Assembly (NCBI RefSeq): GCF_964204645.1
Contig: NC_134032.1
Location: 3,186,175 to 3,250,174, forward strand
DNA: 64,000 nt
Reading direction: 5' to 3'
From: Tubulanus polymorphus
Lineage: Eukaryota > Animalia > Nemertea
Positions 61,703 through 64,000 of the stretch are shown piece by piece; positions within the stretch are counted from its first letter, which is position 1, and every line of letters begins with the position of its first letter. The notes under the pieces are model-generated. The model was not told the origin of the DNA and did not search any database. It saw only the letters and a program-made list of their open reading frames with translations. Both the position numbers and the translations under genes were made by a program.

Positions 61703-61991
61703 CAATGCTGTCCTCCACAAATGGAAACATACTTTCGTCGCATACGACAAAGACAACAGCGGATCGTTGGAGAAGGGAGAATTAGAAGGTTTTCTGGCAA
61801 TCCTCGGTCAGATCGGCGAGCGCGAGCAAGAAATAAGGGAAAAACTCGCCGAATGCGACACCGACGGAAAGGAGGGAATTTCATTCGAGGAACTCGAGAA
61901 ATTTGTCAGATCTGAGATCAAAGAAATACTCGACACGAAAATGGACGATTTTCTCCAGCAGGCCATCGATGATCATCGCGAAGTCGTGTAA
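61703..61991 (+). CDS. Terminal exon of a two-EF-hand calcium-binding protein; probable upstream exon ending at 61396
   Basis: ATTTCCAG| acceptor; F..YDKDNSGSLEKGEL and CDTDGKEGISFEEL. The phase-2 donor AG|GTATGT at 61396 gives YNLAEEWFS-NAVLHKW. Confidence 0.85.
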
Positions 61992-63574
61992 ATTCAATCG
62001 TCATGAAAACAATCAGCTGATAGTAGATATTTGTTAGTAAAAGTTGAGATGAATTATACATTTTCTAGCTATGTTTTCTGTTTCGCAGCCGAACCATTCG
62101 ACTTTCGTCGAGTCGTCGAAAGTAGAGTCGGGAAATCAGATAGCCCGTAGGCAAATTCTGCAAGTATGTCGAGATGAAAAATGAAAAAGGCGCTTTAAAT
62201 GGATGGAAACGGAAAAAATAATGATACCTTTTTCTATTATTTAATTATTATCCACGGAAAACTCTGACCGCAGACAAACATTTTAATTGAGCGAAAATTG
62301 TAGTTTATTATGATGGGAGGTATAGAAAAAAAGAAATTAAGGTCGACTTTTTCTGCACTTGTAACGGAACGGGGATAAATAAATAACCCCGGCAAAATAT
62401 TCTTCCTCTGAAGTCCGGTTCCATGTCATTGGTAGCGTTCATAAAACCGAATTCAAATTGGCGTCCGCCACTGGGTCCGTCTCGGGTCCTTCCAGTGCCG
62501 GAAGGGAACTGGATAAGGGGATGCGTGGTTTAACATCCACCCCGAGATAAGTAAATAAAAAGAAAGAAAATAACCACTAGAGAATATCCGTCATTATGAT
62601 TCGACCATCAAGGACCGTCATAAAGGGTAAGTAAATAAAGTGAGGCCTATCGCCGCCGGCAAACACCTCTTCCACTGTTGTCGCTCACACTTTCCGTGAC
62701 TCGAGTCACATGGCCAAAGTAACCACCCCCAACCCACTCAGGATAGAAGTCAGGGGATTTCTCACATCATCGCTCTATCGCGTCCTCAGAGCGGCACAAA
62801 ATTCCGTCTACCCCCCTGGGCCGAGTCACACAACATTCCAAGTGCCCACCGCACAAACTCGTCCCTCGCACAGTCTCATGGGATCGGCGAACAACTAGTC
62901 TGGACCTCAACCAAATATCTTCGTGCAACGTTGGCGACAATCGTCTCCCAAATCTACATACAACTGCGTCATCTAGTTCGAATCCTGTCATTGGGGCTTG
63001 CGTGGTGATGCAGATAAGAAAAAGGAATCCAGGATCTCGATACTACGTAAACCAACTCTCGTATAGAATATAGTACGAAAAGGTGCGTGTCCTTATTTAC
63101 TCGATGGACATCCCGACAACACTAGCAACCGTTATCGATATCAATAGGCATACTTGTAATATACACTTGAAAATAAACCTTCGCATACTGATTACTAATA
63201 CGATACGTTGACTAAAAACGATATAAAAGAAACGTAAGGCGTTCTCGAGCTCATCCTCAGGCTTCAGATCCGAAAGCTAGAAACTGGCTTGGAGCTTAAA
63301 GCTTAAACTGCGGTCCGATGATAAGTTGGTAAGCTTGAACTGGTAAGCTGGTTGATAAGCTTGCACAGAGTCGATGTTGAAGCTGAAAAACTGGTTCAAG
63401 ATTCGCAGACACAAGCTTCGGCGAGCTTGTCCCGGAGCTACGGCTAAAATCTTCGTTGAATAATTTGGACATCTCGCATTAGCTTGAGGATGAGCTTGAG
63501 CAACGAAATCAAATTCCGGGACCCGGAGGTCCGGAGGAGCTCAGAGAGTAACACACGTACCAATAGTGAGCGGA

Positions 63575-63652
63575 GAACTGTCGAATCTCCGGCCGCGAGC
63601 CGTATTTATAGGCGATGCAGTGACGTCATAATCAGCTTGGGATGCTGATTGG
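63575..63652 (-). promoter_or_regulatory. Pol II promoter: CCAAT, CRE, TATA, Inr
   Basis: Minus strand CCAAT (63652-63648), TGACGTCA (63621-63628), TATAAATA (63610-63603) and CAGTT with A at 63579, 31 nt from the TATA start. Confidence 0.7.
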
Positions 63653-64000
63653 ACCACTGAGGCAGAGCGCCGCGCGGCTAGAGACACGATCACATACAAC
63701 GATTTAACAATAATAGAAACAAGTACAATACTAATACACATATATTGAACAAAACACTATACGATTCACCGATTCGTAAAATCGTCTGTAAACCTATTCC
63801 AACTTTATCTTGACAGTGCTAACACAAAAAAAAACAAATAATATCTTTACATACACCATTACCATCCGGACGGGACTCGAGCCGTGCTGACTCGTACAGC
63901 GGAGCACAGCTCGAGCTAAAAACAATATATACAAACAGCCGGTATAAAAATAGATCGGATACAAAAAATATTATAGCCTGAGTTATAGCTAAATCCATTT

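Noticed and set aside
61721-61915. Protamine-like Arg-rich ORF
   Set aside because: Alternative frame of the EF-hand exon.

Overview
Eukaryotic, AT-rich, transposon-dense animal genomic DNA with spliceosomal introns and little CpG depletion. The gene set suggests a marine invertebrate, probably lophotrochozoan (inference). Host genes: two diverged copies of an unrecognised gene family (3-302 and 53641-54103); a two-exon secreted protein (1576-3307, 3' end not found); orphan peptide-receptor-like rhodopsin GPCRs (one intact, one frameshifted, two fragments); a GRL101-like LGR with C-type lectin, LDLa, LRR and 7TM domains (12192-16842, minus); an intact two-exon Toll-like receptor with a non-canonical TIR (35937-38767, minus); a disrupted caspase whose prodomain is NHL/beta-propeller-like (44307-48096); and an EF-hand protein exon. 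Mobile DNA: a BEL/Pao LTR with PBS and gag, a BEL pol fragment, an ISL2EU/Harbinger THAP-DDE transposase with a divergent SAP gene, CR1/L2 LINE pieces, RNase H, SWIM and Merlin fragments, many MITEs/foldbacks, a tRNA-derived SINE, and two Penelope-type insertions carrying minimal hammerhead ribozymes (one an 81-bp palindrome, one with a 13-bp TSD). Also present: several tandem arrays, an AT-rich virus-like ORF ending in a perfect 59-bp hairpin, and a textbook CCAAT-CRE-TATA-Inr promoter with no downstream ORF. All calls are by manual reading; no database searches were run.
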